From Paraspadella gotoi (taxonomy: Eukaryota; Animalia; Chaetognatha): a stretch of DNA of 22,619 bases. The first letter of the stretch is position 1. The number at the start of each line of letters is the position of its first letter. The notes below the pieces were generated by a model, which saw only the letters and a program-made list of their open reading frames with translations, ran no database searches and was not told the origin of the DNA. The position numbers and the translations under genes were made by a program. The DNA is taken from NCBI GenBank assembly GCA_051294375.1, contig JBJCIZ010000122.1, forward strand, positions 1 to 22,619, in the 5' to 3' direction. Shown here one piece after another: positions 10,386-19,781 of the stretch.

Positions 10386-10480
10386 AGGGTTCCGTTAACC
10401 GTTAATTTTTGAGGAACTTCGCTTTAAACCGTATAACTAACGTTTTTAACGGTTAACCGTTAAAATCGGTTAATTTTATA
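10386..10480 (+). mobile_element. Possible terminus of a non-autonomous hAT-like DNA transposon
   Basis: Starts TAGGG exactly where the protease is cut and is followed by clustered AACCG/CGGTT motifs. The other end and a TSD were not seen. Confidence 0.4.
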
Positions 10481-10520
10481 ATTTAACTTTAAATTTAAAA
10501 TATTAATATTATTGAAACTA

Positions 10521-11222
10521 AAGACAAGTCTTGATACAGCAACGATTTTATTTTATTGTACAGACAAGTTTCGGCTTTCATTCAAGCCTTCATCAGTGCT
10601 TTGACAATTCACAATTTTCATGTTTTTCCAAATTAACTTTGGAAGAGAGAGAGAGAGAGAGAGAAGAGAATAGAGAGAGAAGAAATGGCCAACAAAGATA
10701 TGAGACAGGACAGTGGTGAAATGTGAGGACAGGTTTAAGTTAGTAGAGAGAGAGAGAGAGAGAGGAATGTGAGGGAAAAGAAATTAAATTTGTGAATGAG
10801 GGAGAGAGAGACAGAGAAGCAGAGGTTAACATTTGGTAAGAAGAGTTACATTAGAAAATGTACAATGATAAATTTAATAAATAAGTAGACAGACTTAAAC
10901 AAACTAAAATATTTAAATTAATTCAGATAAATTAATTAATAAAGGAGTGAAGTTTAGATGAAATTGAAATAAAGATGTTGAGGGATAGGTAAGTGAAAGA
11001 GTAGAGAAAAATATAAGAAAAAGAAAAGAAAAAGCTCAAAATGAGCTGCCCCCCCCCCGGGTCAACAATGGGGGATGCTGACGATGTGGTCGGGTCATTG
11101 GTTTGTCATAGGCTGAGAGGCTATTGTGGTGGAGTGCGACATGGACGGGTCCGGTAGAGACCCCAGGCGGAAAGAGGCCAAGTGCAACTCGAATATCTCT
11201 CAGCGCTGATAAACCTGCCGGC
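10521..11222 (-). mobile_element. Penelope-like/retrozyme element copy D, 5'-truncated, abutting the BEL LTR
   Basis: Same order of parts as copy A: coding remnant (11222 to about 11100), G-run, CT-rich region, motif cagtggtgaaatgtgaggacag, hammerhead and tail. Confidence 0.8.
10555..10608 (-). ncRNA. Minimal type I hammerhead ribozyme, intact core with bulged stem I
   Basis: Minus strand reads ATTGT-caaa-GCA-CTGATGA-A-GGCTT-gaatga-AAGCC-GAAAC-TT-GTC-TGT-ACAAT. Stem I is GCA:TGT plus ATTGT:ACAAT. Confidence 0.88.
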
Positions 11223-11735
11223 AGACTTGGCTCTCCCGGCGTCGCGAGGTAGGCGTGGCTCGTCGTGAGAGAGACGTAAACGTAAATCTGACGGATCTCG
11301 AACGTCGAAAATATCTCGAAGAGAAAAGACTCGAAAACGGAACCAAATAATAAGACGAAATATAAATGTAAATGGAATATATCGAGCAGTAAGTCAAGCA
11401 GAAAATCCGACGTAAATCAAGCAAAAAATCGTACAAAAATCCGGAGAAAATAGTCGACGTCCGTAGAAATATCCGTGAGAAAATAGTTTGTGTCCAAAGA
11501 AAATCGTAAGCAAATCGTGATCAAAGTGAACTAAACTCGGTCTGTCTGGTCTTGTCCAAATAAAGTATTAGAGAGAAAGGGCGGGAGAAACCGGTAAGAG
11601 AGAGAGAGAAAGAGAGAGAGTGCGAATGAGTCGTACGGTCAATAACAGTCCGGTCAACTGGTCAGTCCGACGAACTCGGTCTCTCGTCCTTCGTCTGTCA
11701 ATCTCTTGGTCGGTCTGTCAGGGCCTTTCTCTACA
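11223..11735 (-). repeat. 3' LTR (about 520 bp; terminal 7 nt missing)
   Basis: Starts TGTAGAGA at 11735 on minus. 11223-11256 matches 22587-22619 with one indel. The 5' LTR ends TCTCTACA, giving an 8-bp terminal inverted repeat. Confidence 0.92.
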
Positions 11736-11745
11736 CCCCCGCCTC
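11736..11745 (-). promoter_or_regulatory. Polypurine tract
   Basis: GAGGCGGGGG immediately before the TG of the 3' LTR. Confidence 0.85.
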
Positions 11746-12837
11746 AGCTAGGAAACTCCGCTGACCATCTATAAGGCCTCGCAGGACCGACGGTCACATG
11801 GCGAACTTGTCTGACCTATCAACCCCAGATCGTTTGACTAGAATAAGTAAAAGACAATGACTAGAATATTTTTCCTGAGTAAATGGCCCGTTAAGTCGTT
11901 CTTCTCAGTTTTTTTGAAGGCGGTTGATACTGTCAGGGATGCGTCGGCCACCATCGGATTTCCTTTTGGTGTCGGTTGACGTAGTTAGCTGTTCATATAG
12001 GAGGGAAAGGAAAAAACACAGCAGACACAATTTCTTAAGCATTTCTCTTCATTCGTTATTCTTTCACATTCGCTTTTCCCATTATTTCCAATTTCATTAT
12101 TCATGTTTTATTTTATGAAACATCACTCCCCTGTTAATCTTTCCGGCGTCCATTGACGCCGGTCCCGTCGCTGACTTTTGTTTGAGGTTCAAGTGGACGT
12201 GACGCTGTTGGAGATCTGAGACTTAAAAGAAAGTTGTGGGGAGGGGATTCGAATTTCGGGATTTGTCTGATGGAGTTTAAACTCCGTCCCAATTGTTTAT
12301 ATAAATACGTGATAATTATTATGTATATATTTATATGAGTGTTCTCTATCGCTTTTTTATTAAAATCAAATCGTGAATTGTTATTGTTAGATTCATTTTT
12401 TTTTTTAAATAAATTAATAAATTAAAATATGTTTTCCTTTAATCATTTTTAAAATCGTCAAAGGGTTTATTAATTCTTAAATCATGATTCTTTTTCTTCC
12501 AGATAAATTGGTACTCCCACAATACGTATATCTTTTTTCAAAATCTCCAAACAATAATACTGCTATATGCAAATTTCATTTAAAGTCATACTATGAATTC
12601 AGAATGGAGGGCCCGTTGGGCCACGTCCAGAGTGGAGAGTCGCATCCAGATCCTCCGGCGGTTTTGAAGTACATGTAAAAAGGGGGCAGAAAAGAAAACA
12701 AATATCTTAATTAAATTAATGAAGTGTTTATTTAATCAATATTCTAATTAAAATTTAATTTCAGATTCGGAATTCGAATCCATCATCATAATAAAGGTAG
12801 AACAGGCTTTTTCTCATTTGAGATCACTGAAGCGTAC

Positions 12838-13537
12838 CTTAGGGATTCTCGGTGGATGAAATCTTGCACGTGCATCGCGTATCATGTCCCAACAAGCCTG
12901 CCCTCTTGTTGGTCAACCACCTTTAAGGATCAATGACCCTTCGGCCGAGAAGGGATGCCTCCTCTTCTGGGCCTAGGTTTATATCAAAAGGTGTTTCTCC
13001 CGGCTGAAGGTCAAGGATGGCGCTCTCACGATCGCCTTCATCCATCTCTTCTTCATCGTCTCCTTCATCTCCATCTTCTTCTTCGACGTGTCCTCGTCTT
13101 CCGAAGGGTCGTCAATTCGATCATTCCAATTTCTTGATTCTTTATTTTTTCCTTTGCCTTTTCCTTTTCCGGATTCATTCTGATCGCTTGTGCCTTCGCC
13201 GGGATCAGTCACCGTTTCTACCACACGTTCTACATTTTCACGAATGTCTCGGCTCCGGAATTCAACTTCTGTGCTCGCACTGCCAAATTTTTGTAGTCGG
13301 TTATTTTTTTTTACTTCTTCTCGAATCCTGTTGAGGGTTTCATTGCCTAAACGTTCAAAAACTGAAGTTCTTTTTCAATTTTTCCGGTAATGGTTTCCCG
13401 TTGTTTTAATCCGGTTTTGTTTTTTCTCATGTCTTCTGCTTCAAGGATGCCATCAACTTCGCCGGGGTGGAGATTGTAGTTGGGTCCCACGTTGATAATT
13501 TGACGGGCGGAGAAAGCCTTTCATGATCTTGAGATGT
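12838..13537 (-). pseudogene. Probable disrupted continuation of the accessory ORF
   Basis: Coding-like, charged segments in alternating frames (e.g. LHPGEVDGILEAEDMRKK, IRENVERVVETVTDPGEG, ILDLQPGETPFDINLGPEEE) broken by stops and indels. Ends at a donor-like AAG|GTACGC at 12837. Confidence 0.5.
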
Positions 13538-14575
13538 TTAAAAATCGGGATCCGCCGCGCCCTCTGCCGCGTCCTCGAACGTATACGGCGATGCGGGGGG
13601 CAGTTCCTTTTCTGATCCGGAGCCATTTCCAAATTCACACGTGTGGCCGCATCCAACTCCAGAACTGGCCGATTGGCCACGTTCAGAGCAGAGGGCCCGT
13701 TGACTATGTCCAGGACGGAGGGCCTGGCGGCCACGTCCTCTCCCTGGAAGGTTCACGGAGTTGCGGGTTTTCGCTGAAGGTCCACTGACTCCAGGGTCGG
13801 GTCCTATGGAAATTTCCCTCGCTATCTCCGGTTGTTTCTGCGCGAGCATAAGTCTCCTTAGTCGTCGTTTTTCCGTTTTCGTTTTGTAGTCCATCAAGCT
13901 ATTCGAGGTTGTTGGAGGGGCCCGGTTTGACGATCGAGTAGAAGACGGTGTTGGAGATGGAGCCGGCCTTGAACTTGAAGACGGGATTGGAGTTGGAGCC
14001 TGGATTGGTCTTCCTCCAGATCTTTGTCCTGAAGTTGTCGCCGTAACCGCTCTCCTGTTTTCGACCACTCTTGCTGCAATCCGCGCCTTTTCCACGATAT
14101 TTGGGAGTTCCTCTGAGGCCTTCTTTATGTTTGGTCGCTCATTTCTCATGAAGTCGTTTACAACAATATCCGGTTCGGAAGAAGGGGGCTCAGAATGTCC
14201 TTTGAAGCGAAACATGTCTCGTCTGAGTTGAGCAAATTTATAGCATCCTCCATGTTTCTGCCACCAACGATGGAGGAGCTCGCCTGGCTTCGCGGGAGCA
14301 TCCAAAACGACGATGTCAAACATCTGCTCGCACCAAGACATCAACAAAAAATCACATCCTTCTACAGTTTCATCTGGGAGGAGACCATAGACAGCCTCTT
14401 CGTTTGCGAATGAAGCCTTCACAAGCCAAACACGCTTTCCTTCATTGAGAGTCGCCGTCAGGAAAAATTCGATGGCGACAGTGCGATTTCCGCCGATCAT
14501 TCCAGCGCCGCCTCGAATATCAACGTCGCGTCTGATGCCGACAAAGGAATCGTAATTGTTGACATTGGCACTCAT
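13538..14575 (-). CDS. Accessory ORF of the BEL/Pao element (345 aa, unknown function, not env-like)
   Basis: ATG at 14575 lies about 45 nt after a strong acceptor ccccatctttcAG (14622-14621). Globular-looking N-terminal ~125 aa, then a Ser/Pro-rich linker and a basic patch KTKTEKRRLRR. No signal peptide or TM segment visible. Confidence 0.7.
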   Translation of the reverse strand: MSANVNNYDSFVGIRRDVDIRGGAGMIGGNRTVAIEFFLTATLNEGKRVWLVKASFANEEAVYGLLPDETVEGCDFLLMSWCEQMFDIVVLDAPAKPGELLHRWWQKHGGCYKFAQLRRDMFRFKGHSEPPSSEPDIVVNDFMRNERPNIKKASEELPNIVEKARIAARVVENRRAVTATTSGQRSGGRPIQAPTPIPSSSSRPAPSPTPSSTRSSNRAPPTTSNSLMDYKTKTEKRRLRRLMLAQKQPEIAREISIGPDPGVSGPSAKTRNSVNLPGRGRGRQALRPGHSQRALCSERGQSASSGVGCGHTCEFGNGSGSEKELPPASPYTFEDAAEGAADPDF

Positions 14576-14663
14576 TCTCAGTTTTTTATGTGTTTATCAC
14601 AGATTTCGTAAGAATATCACCTGAAAGATGGGGAAATCGATTTAAAGTTAGTCTTAAAGTTGA

Positions 14664-14694
<31 letters not shown>

Positions 14695-15779
14695 TTTAAA
14701 AGGGTCTCAAAAATTCTAACTGTGCAAGAATCAAGTCTTTTGATCGAAGTTAAGGATCCACAGTTCACACGCATCGTCGCCACAATGGAACCCAGTTCCG
14801 ACGTTCGTTCTCTAAGAAAAACAAAATAATAGTTAGAATTTACAAAATTTACAATGTCAGGTATATCATCATTCGTAAATCGTCATTCATAATCTTCCTA
14901 TAAGAGGATGTTTTATGTTTAAAATAATTTTAATAATAGTCTGAAAATAAACTGAATAATAAAAGGAATAAAATAAAAAAATCTAGTCATTAACTAAATA
15001 ATTTTAAATTTAAAAAAAAAACATAAATTCCATTAATTAGAATGACAAGCAGTGTCATATGCGCATCTGCTAATGTGACTCATAGGCGGTACCTACTAAA
15101 TATTCGGCAGTTACACCAAATTAATTTAAGCACATTATCATTCAAAGGGAAAAAAAAAATTTTATTTACTATTGTAGCTTTGGACCGGTCGGCCCACTAT
15201 TGCCAGATAATATCTAAAATAGTAACCGAGAAGAGATATAATTAAATAAAACAACTTATTTTGTTATTATAATGATTTGTACTATTATTAAATTAATAAA
15301 AAAATATAAATCTATTTACAAAAAATATTTATTTATTTTTCTTTAAGTTTATAATTGTTTGAATCGCGTTAAATCTTTATAAATTAGTTGAATATGCAAA
15401 TATACAATTTGACCTCGGTCTGGTTTCTCCCTAAACAAAAGATATTTCTGAAATTTAATTCAAGATTAAAATTTGTAAAATGAGGAAATAAAATTTATTT
15501 GATAAGTAAAAAGAAATGAAAATATTTAGAAGTCGAAAATATCATAGTCGTTAACTGAGTATTTTCGACTAAATATTTGTTTATAGAGACTAATTTTTGA
15601 CCATTATTATTGAAATAGTTTAACCCTATCGCGAGACGGAGTTTTCATTTCATACAATCAATCAATCTCATTCTTTTTCATTAATATGCGAATGGTGAGG
15701 TCTTCAACCTCATTTTGAACTTGGTGAACAAAAGACTTCAGTCTTATTTCAATTAAAAAAATAGAAAGTTAATTGAAGC

Positions 15780-18700
15780 TTAATCACACTCTAACAAAAC
15801 AATTTTATTTCTATCACGTTCTAAATATTTGTTTGCGGTTTTGATAACCACTCTTCTTACGTGACCATTCTCATTGTCCACTCTTTCCACTCTTCCAAGT
15901 TTCCATTCATCCCTCGGTAAATTTTCGTCAACTATCAAAACTAGCTGACCTATTTTTACATTCGGTTCTGTTTTCTGCCACTTTTCTCGGGCTTGGAGGG
16001 TCAATACATACTCATCTCTCCATCTCACCCAGAATTCATCAATAAGATCACGTGATTTAGTCCATTCAGCTCTAAATTCATCCCCTGACCAAGATTCTGG
16101 TGGAATAATCGCTGGTCGTGAACCAGTGAAAACTCCTGGATAAAGAATATCGGCTGGGCTGATTGCGTTCAAGTCTGTTACGTCGTCACTTTCTTGTGTA
16201 AGGGGGCGTTTGTTTATAATGCCCTCTACCGCGACGAGTACAGTTGTAAACATTTCCAAAGTTAAGTTTTCTTTTTTCAAAACAGAATCGAGATGGCATT
16301 TTGCTAGTTTCACCATTCGTTCCCAGACGCCGCCCCAATGGGGGGCGTTGGGGGGACCAAAAACCCATTCAAATCCATATTCTAATAATCTATTGCTCAT
16401 TTGTTCATTTTGCCAACTTTCAATCGCCTTTTGGATTTCGAGATTCGCGCGTCGAAAATTCGTTCCATTATCGGAGTAGAATTTTCGTGATCCTGGGCGA
16501 CGGGAGTTGAATCGAATTAATGCATTTATAAAGGATGAGCTTGATATATCATCTAAAACTTCAAAATGCACACCTCTCATTTTTAAACAAGTAAAGAGAG
16601 CAACCCATCGTTTATGCACTGCTCGGCCTGTAATTTTTACTTTATAAGGGCCAAACAAATCCACTCCGGTTACTTCGAAAGGCGAGCCGCGATGGAGCCG
16701 GTCCTCAATAAGTGGCGCCATTTTTTGTATTGCCGGGGGTTTGAAGTTCTTCTGACAACCAATACATTTCCCAATAACTTTTTTCGTGGTTCTACGGAAA
16801 CATTGGATGTGAAATCGTTTTCGTAATTCACTAATTACGTGATTTGTGCTGGCGTGACATTCGGAAATATGAATATGACGAATCAGATCGTGAACTATAG
16901 AATCATCCTTAGGCAGGATGATAGGATGTTTCATGTCATAATCATAACTGGCATTACACAATCTACCACCAACTCTCATCAAACCACTCTTGTCCAAAAA
17001 CGGGTTCAGTTGTCTAAGAATTGACTTTAAGTTTAACTCTTTTCTCCCGCTTGGTTCATTAATGTCTTTTTCTCTAAGTTCTTTTATTTCTTTTTCGAAA
17101 TAAGCATTTTGCAGTGCCTTAATCATTATTCGTTCAGCATTATTAATGTCGTCCAAAGTGAGTCTCATCTCTTTTACATTTAAAATTTCTTTTTTTGCTT
17201 TTCTTTTTATTGCCTTTTCAACTAAGGCAATTCGTCTGAGTTTTTGATAATACCGCTCAGTGTACTTACCAAGCTTAATTGCCCAGTGGTTGATAGGGCT
17301 ATCATCTTCACGTTCAAACATTTTCGCATCTACAGAATTGACATTTAAATCATATGGAAGTGGATCCATTGAGATTTTCTGTTCTGGCCATTCCTCTTCA
17401 GGAAGGCATAAAAAATCAGGACCTTTGTGAAAACGTTGCCATTTTTCATCGTCAGCTGATAGGCCACGGCTGCAGTCATCGGCTGGGTTCATTTTTGTCG
17501 GAACATATCGCCAATCTTCGATATTACTTAGTTCGTGAATTCGAGATAAGCGGTTTTTGAAAAATACCACAAATCGTTTTGATTTGTCTCGGATCTGTTT
17601 CAAAACAGTCTCACTATCAGTCCACATTACAATTCTTAAAAATTTATCATTCGTGCATTCTTCAACAATCAATTGACGGATTTCACAAGCCAATCTTGCC
17701 GCCGTCAATTCAAGTTTTGGAATGGAGTTGTGGTGACCCGTTTTTATCGAATCTAAGGGTGTGACCTTAGACTTTGATAATAGAAACGCAACGTGAGGAT
17801 CGCCCCCGCCTTTTGGGCACGCCCTCCGGTAAACGGAGACTCCATATCCCTCCATTGAAGCATCACAAAAGATGTGAAGTTCTGCAGGTTCATTGGTAGT
17901 TGCTGGAGTGGCAACCCATCGTGGGATTTTAACTTCCTCAAGCTTTGGAAGCTGTTCTTTCCAAGCATCAACTTCTTTTTGGAGATCATTCGGCAAGGGA
18001 GCATCCCAAGCCATCTCCAAGGCTGTTGCCTTTTGAAAAATCATTCTTCCCTTTATTGTAAAAGGGGAAACAAGACCAAGTGGATCATACAAGCTTGCAG
18101 TCAAGGAAAGGAGTTGTCTCCTTGTTTTGCAAGGTTTCGCCAATTTCTCTTTGTTGATTTTAAAGTGAAAATGGTCATCACCAAAATCATAACCAACACC
18201 CAGGATTTTGTCAGTTACCACAAGAGGTTGACATAACCGATCTGGTTCTAAAACAAGAGTTGGAGGACCATCTCCAATCTCACCAAGCACACTGGGATCT
18301 GAGCACTTCCACTTGCCCAGTTCAAAGCCACCTCTGGCCATTGCTTCAGTCAGACCTTCCTTCAACTTCCTGGCTGTCTCAGCATCAGGAATGGAGCTGA
18401 TGAAGTCATCAACATAGAAAGCTCGAAGGATGGCTTCAATCACATCGTCAGGGAAGACTCCAACAAGGGACTCAGCATGGTAGTGGAGTGCATAGTTTGC
18501 AACAACTGGAGATGAAGTGGCACCAAAGATGTGGACCTTCAACTCAAACAAAGCAAGCTTTGTGCATTCTTTGTCTTCCCACCACCAATATCGGAAGACA
18601 TGGACATCATTTTCGTCAACAAAAATCTGGTGAAAGAACATTTTAATGTCGGCATGAATAGCAATCTCATGACGTCGGAAACGAAGCAAGATGCCAATCA

Positions 18701-19781
18701 AGCTGTTCATTAAATCAGGGCCCGTTAAAAGCTGGTCATTGAGACATTTTCCTTTCACCTTTGCTGCAGCATCATGACAAACTCTCACTTTGTTCTTGTC
18801 CTTACGGACAACAACAAGCAACGGTAAGTTCCACTGAGGAATGCCATCCTCAGTCTCAACATGTTCTACTTTCTGGACATTCCCAGCATCAACCTCTTTC
18901 TTAATCTCTTCCCAAACCTTAGCTCGGGCCTCAGGATCTTTGTTGAGCTTTTTCATTAGGGAATTTAGTCGATTTAAAGCCATTCCATTTGAATCGCGTT
19001 GATTCAAGATCTCGGCTGCTTTCTTTCTCCCTTCCTTCCAGGGTAACCCTACTACATAATGGCCTATATCAGGGTCAAACCTAATGGATGATCTCAACTG
19101 ATGCATAGCATATTCATCATCTAGAGAAGGTTGGAGTTTCATAGTGGGTTTTGTTTCAAAATCCTGATTAAAGAGTCGTTTTATATCCTCTCTAATTGTC
19201 TGCTCATCTTCTTCCACAAATTCTGCAGTCATACGAGCACAATCAATCGTTTCTTCATTTACTCCTTGGCGTGGTCCAATCAAAGTCCAGCCAAAGTCAG
19301 TTTTCATGCCAATAGGAAGATTTTCATCACCCCGTCTAATCTCACCATTAGTCCAAGTGTAGGCTAATTGAGCGGGCAAGAGAACTTCAACTTCCTTATG
19401 GTCCAATTCATAAAATTTGATGCCTTCAAGATGGGGCATCCCTTGAATCTCTTCATTTGTTGGTGGAAAATCATCTTCGGTGGAAAGTAGATTCCCTACC
19501 ACACATTTTTTCATAGTAATGGAAAAATCGCTTTCTAAGTTTTCGAGGTTTACATCACAAAGATCCTTCTCACAAACAGAAACTGAGTCATAAGATCGTA
19601 TTTTCATAGTTGCTTTCGTTGTTTCAATTCCCATGTCCTTAGCAGCGCTGGTCTTAATCACACATCTGTTGCACCCTGTATCAATCATCGCCCATGTGGG
19701 CTTTTTTCTACCATTCCATTCAATCACTACAGGAACAACAGGCCGATATGATGACTCACCGGGGGCAGAAGCCACAGCTAG
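15780..19781 (-). CDS. pol: BEL/Pao Pol polyprotein (PR-RT-RNase H-IN), intact
   Basis: PR AMIDTGC. RT RVCHDAA, LLTGPDL, ADIKMFFHQI, FGATSSP, FYVDDF. RH LHIFCDAS, IPKLELTAA, WTDS, NPADDCSRG. IN HHCC, GVDLFGP, SDNGTNF, WGGVWERMV. The frame is open directly after the gag stop; the ORF track start at 19775 is a GTG. Confidence 0.98.
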   Translation of the reverse strand, partial: LAVASAPGESSYRPVVPVVIEWNGRKKPTWAMIDTGCNRCVIKTSAAKDMGIETTKATMKIRSYDSVSVCEKDLCDVNLENLESDFSITMKKCVVGNLLSTEDDFPPTNEEIQGMPHLEGIKFYELDHKEVEVLLPAQLAYTWTNGEIRRGDENLPIGMKTDFGWTLIGPRQGVNEETIDCARMTAEFVEEDEQTIREDIKRLFNQDFETKPTMKLQPSLDDEYAMHQLRSSIRFDPDIGHYVVGLPWKEGRKKAAEILNQRDSNGMALNRLNSLMKKLNKDPEARAKVWEEIKKEVDAGNVQKVEHVETEDGIPQWNLPLLVVVRKDKNKVRVCHDAAAKVKGKCLNDQLLTGPDLMNSLIGILLRFRRHEIAIHADIKMFFHQIFVDENDVHVFRYWWWEDKECTKLALFELKVHIFGATSSPVVANYALHYHAESLVGVFPDDVIEAILRAFYVDDFISSIPDAETARKLKEGLTEAMARGGFELGKWKCSDPSVLGEIGDGPPTLVLEPDRLCQPLVVTDKILGVGYDFGDDHFHFKINKEKLAKPCKTRRQLLSLTASLYDPLGLVSPFTIKGRMIFQKATALEMAWDAPLPNDLQKEVDAWKEQLPKLEEVKIPRWVATPATTNEPAELHIFCDASMEGYGVSVYRRACPKGGGDPHVAFLLSKSKVTPLDSIKTGHHNSIPKLELTAARLACEIRQLIVEECTNDKFLRIVMWTDSETVLKQIRDKSKRFVVFFKNRLSRIHELSNIEDWRYVPTKMNPADDCSRGLSADDEKWQRFHKGPDFLCLPEEEWPEQKISMDPLPYDLNVNSVDAKMFEREDDSPINHWAIKLGKYTERYYQKLRRIALVEKAIKRKAKKEILNVKEMRLTLDDINNAERIMIKALQNAYFEKEIKELREKDINEPSGRKELNLKSILRQLNPFLDKSGLMRVGGRLCNASYDYDMKHPIILPKDDSIVHDLIRHIHISECHASTNHVISELRKRFHIQCFRRTTKKVIGKCIGCQKNFKPPAIQKMAPLIEDRLHRGSPFEVTGVDLFGPYKVKITGRAVHKRWVALFTCLKMRGVHFEVLDDISSSSFINALIRFNSRRPGSRKFYSDNGTNFRRANLEIQKAIESWQNEQMSNRLLEYGFEWVFGPPNAPHWGGVWERMVKLAKCHLDSVLKKENLTLEMFTTVLVAVEGIINKRPLTQESDDVTDLNAISPADILYPGVFTGSRPAIIPPESWSGDEFRAEWTKSRDLIDEFWVRWRDEYVLTLQAREKWQKTEPNVKIGQLVLIVDENLPRDEWKLGRVERVDNENGHVRRVVIKTANKYLERDRNKIVLLECD

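Noticed and set aside
11355-11570. LTR oriented on the plus strand (TATAAA near 11361, AATAAA near 11559)
   Set aside because: The PPT and gag-pol fix the orientation as minus. These hexamers are common in AT-rich DNA, though an antisense promoter is not excluded. No canonical AATAAA was found on the minus strand of the LTR.
13538-14575. env gene
   Set aside because: No signal peptide, transmembrane anchor or Cys-rich ectodomain visible.
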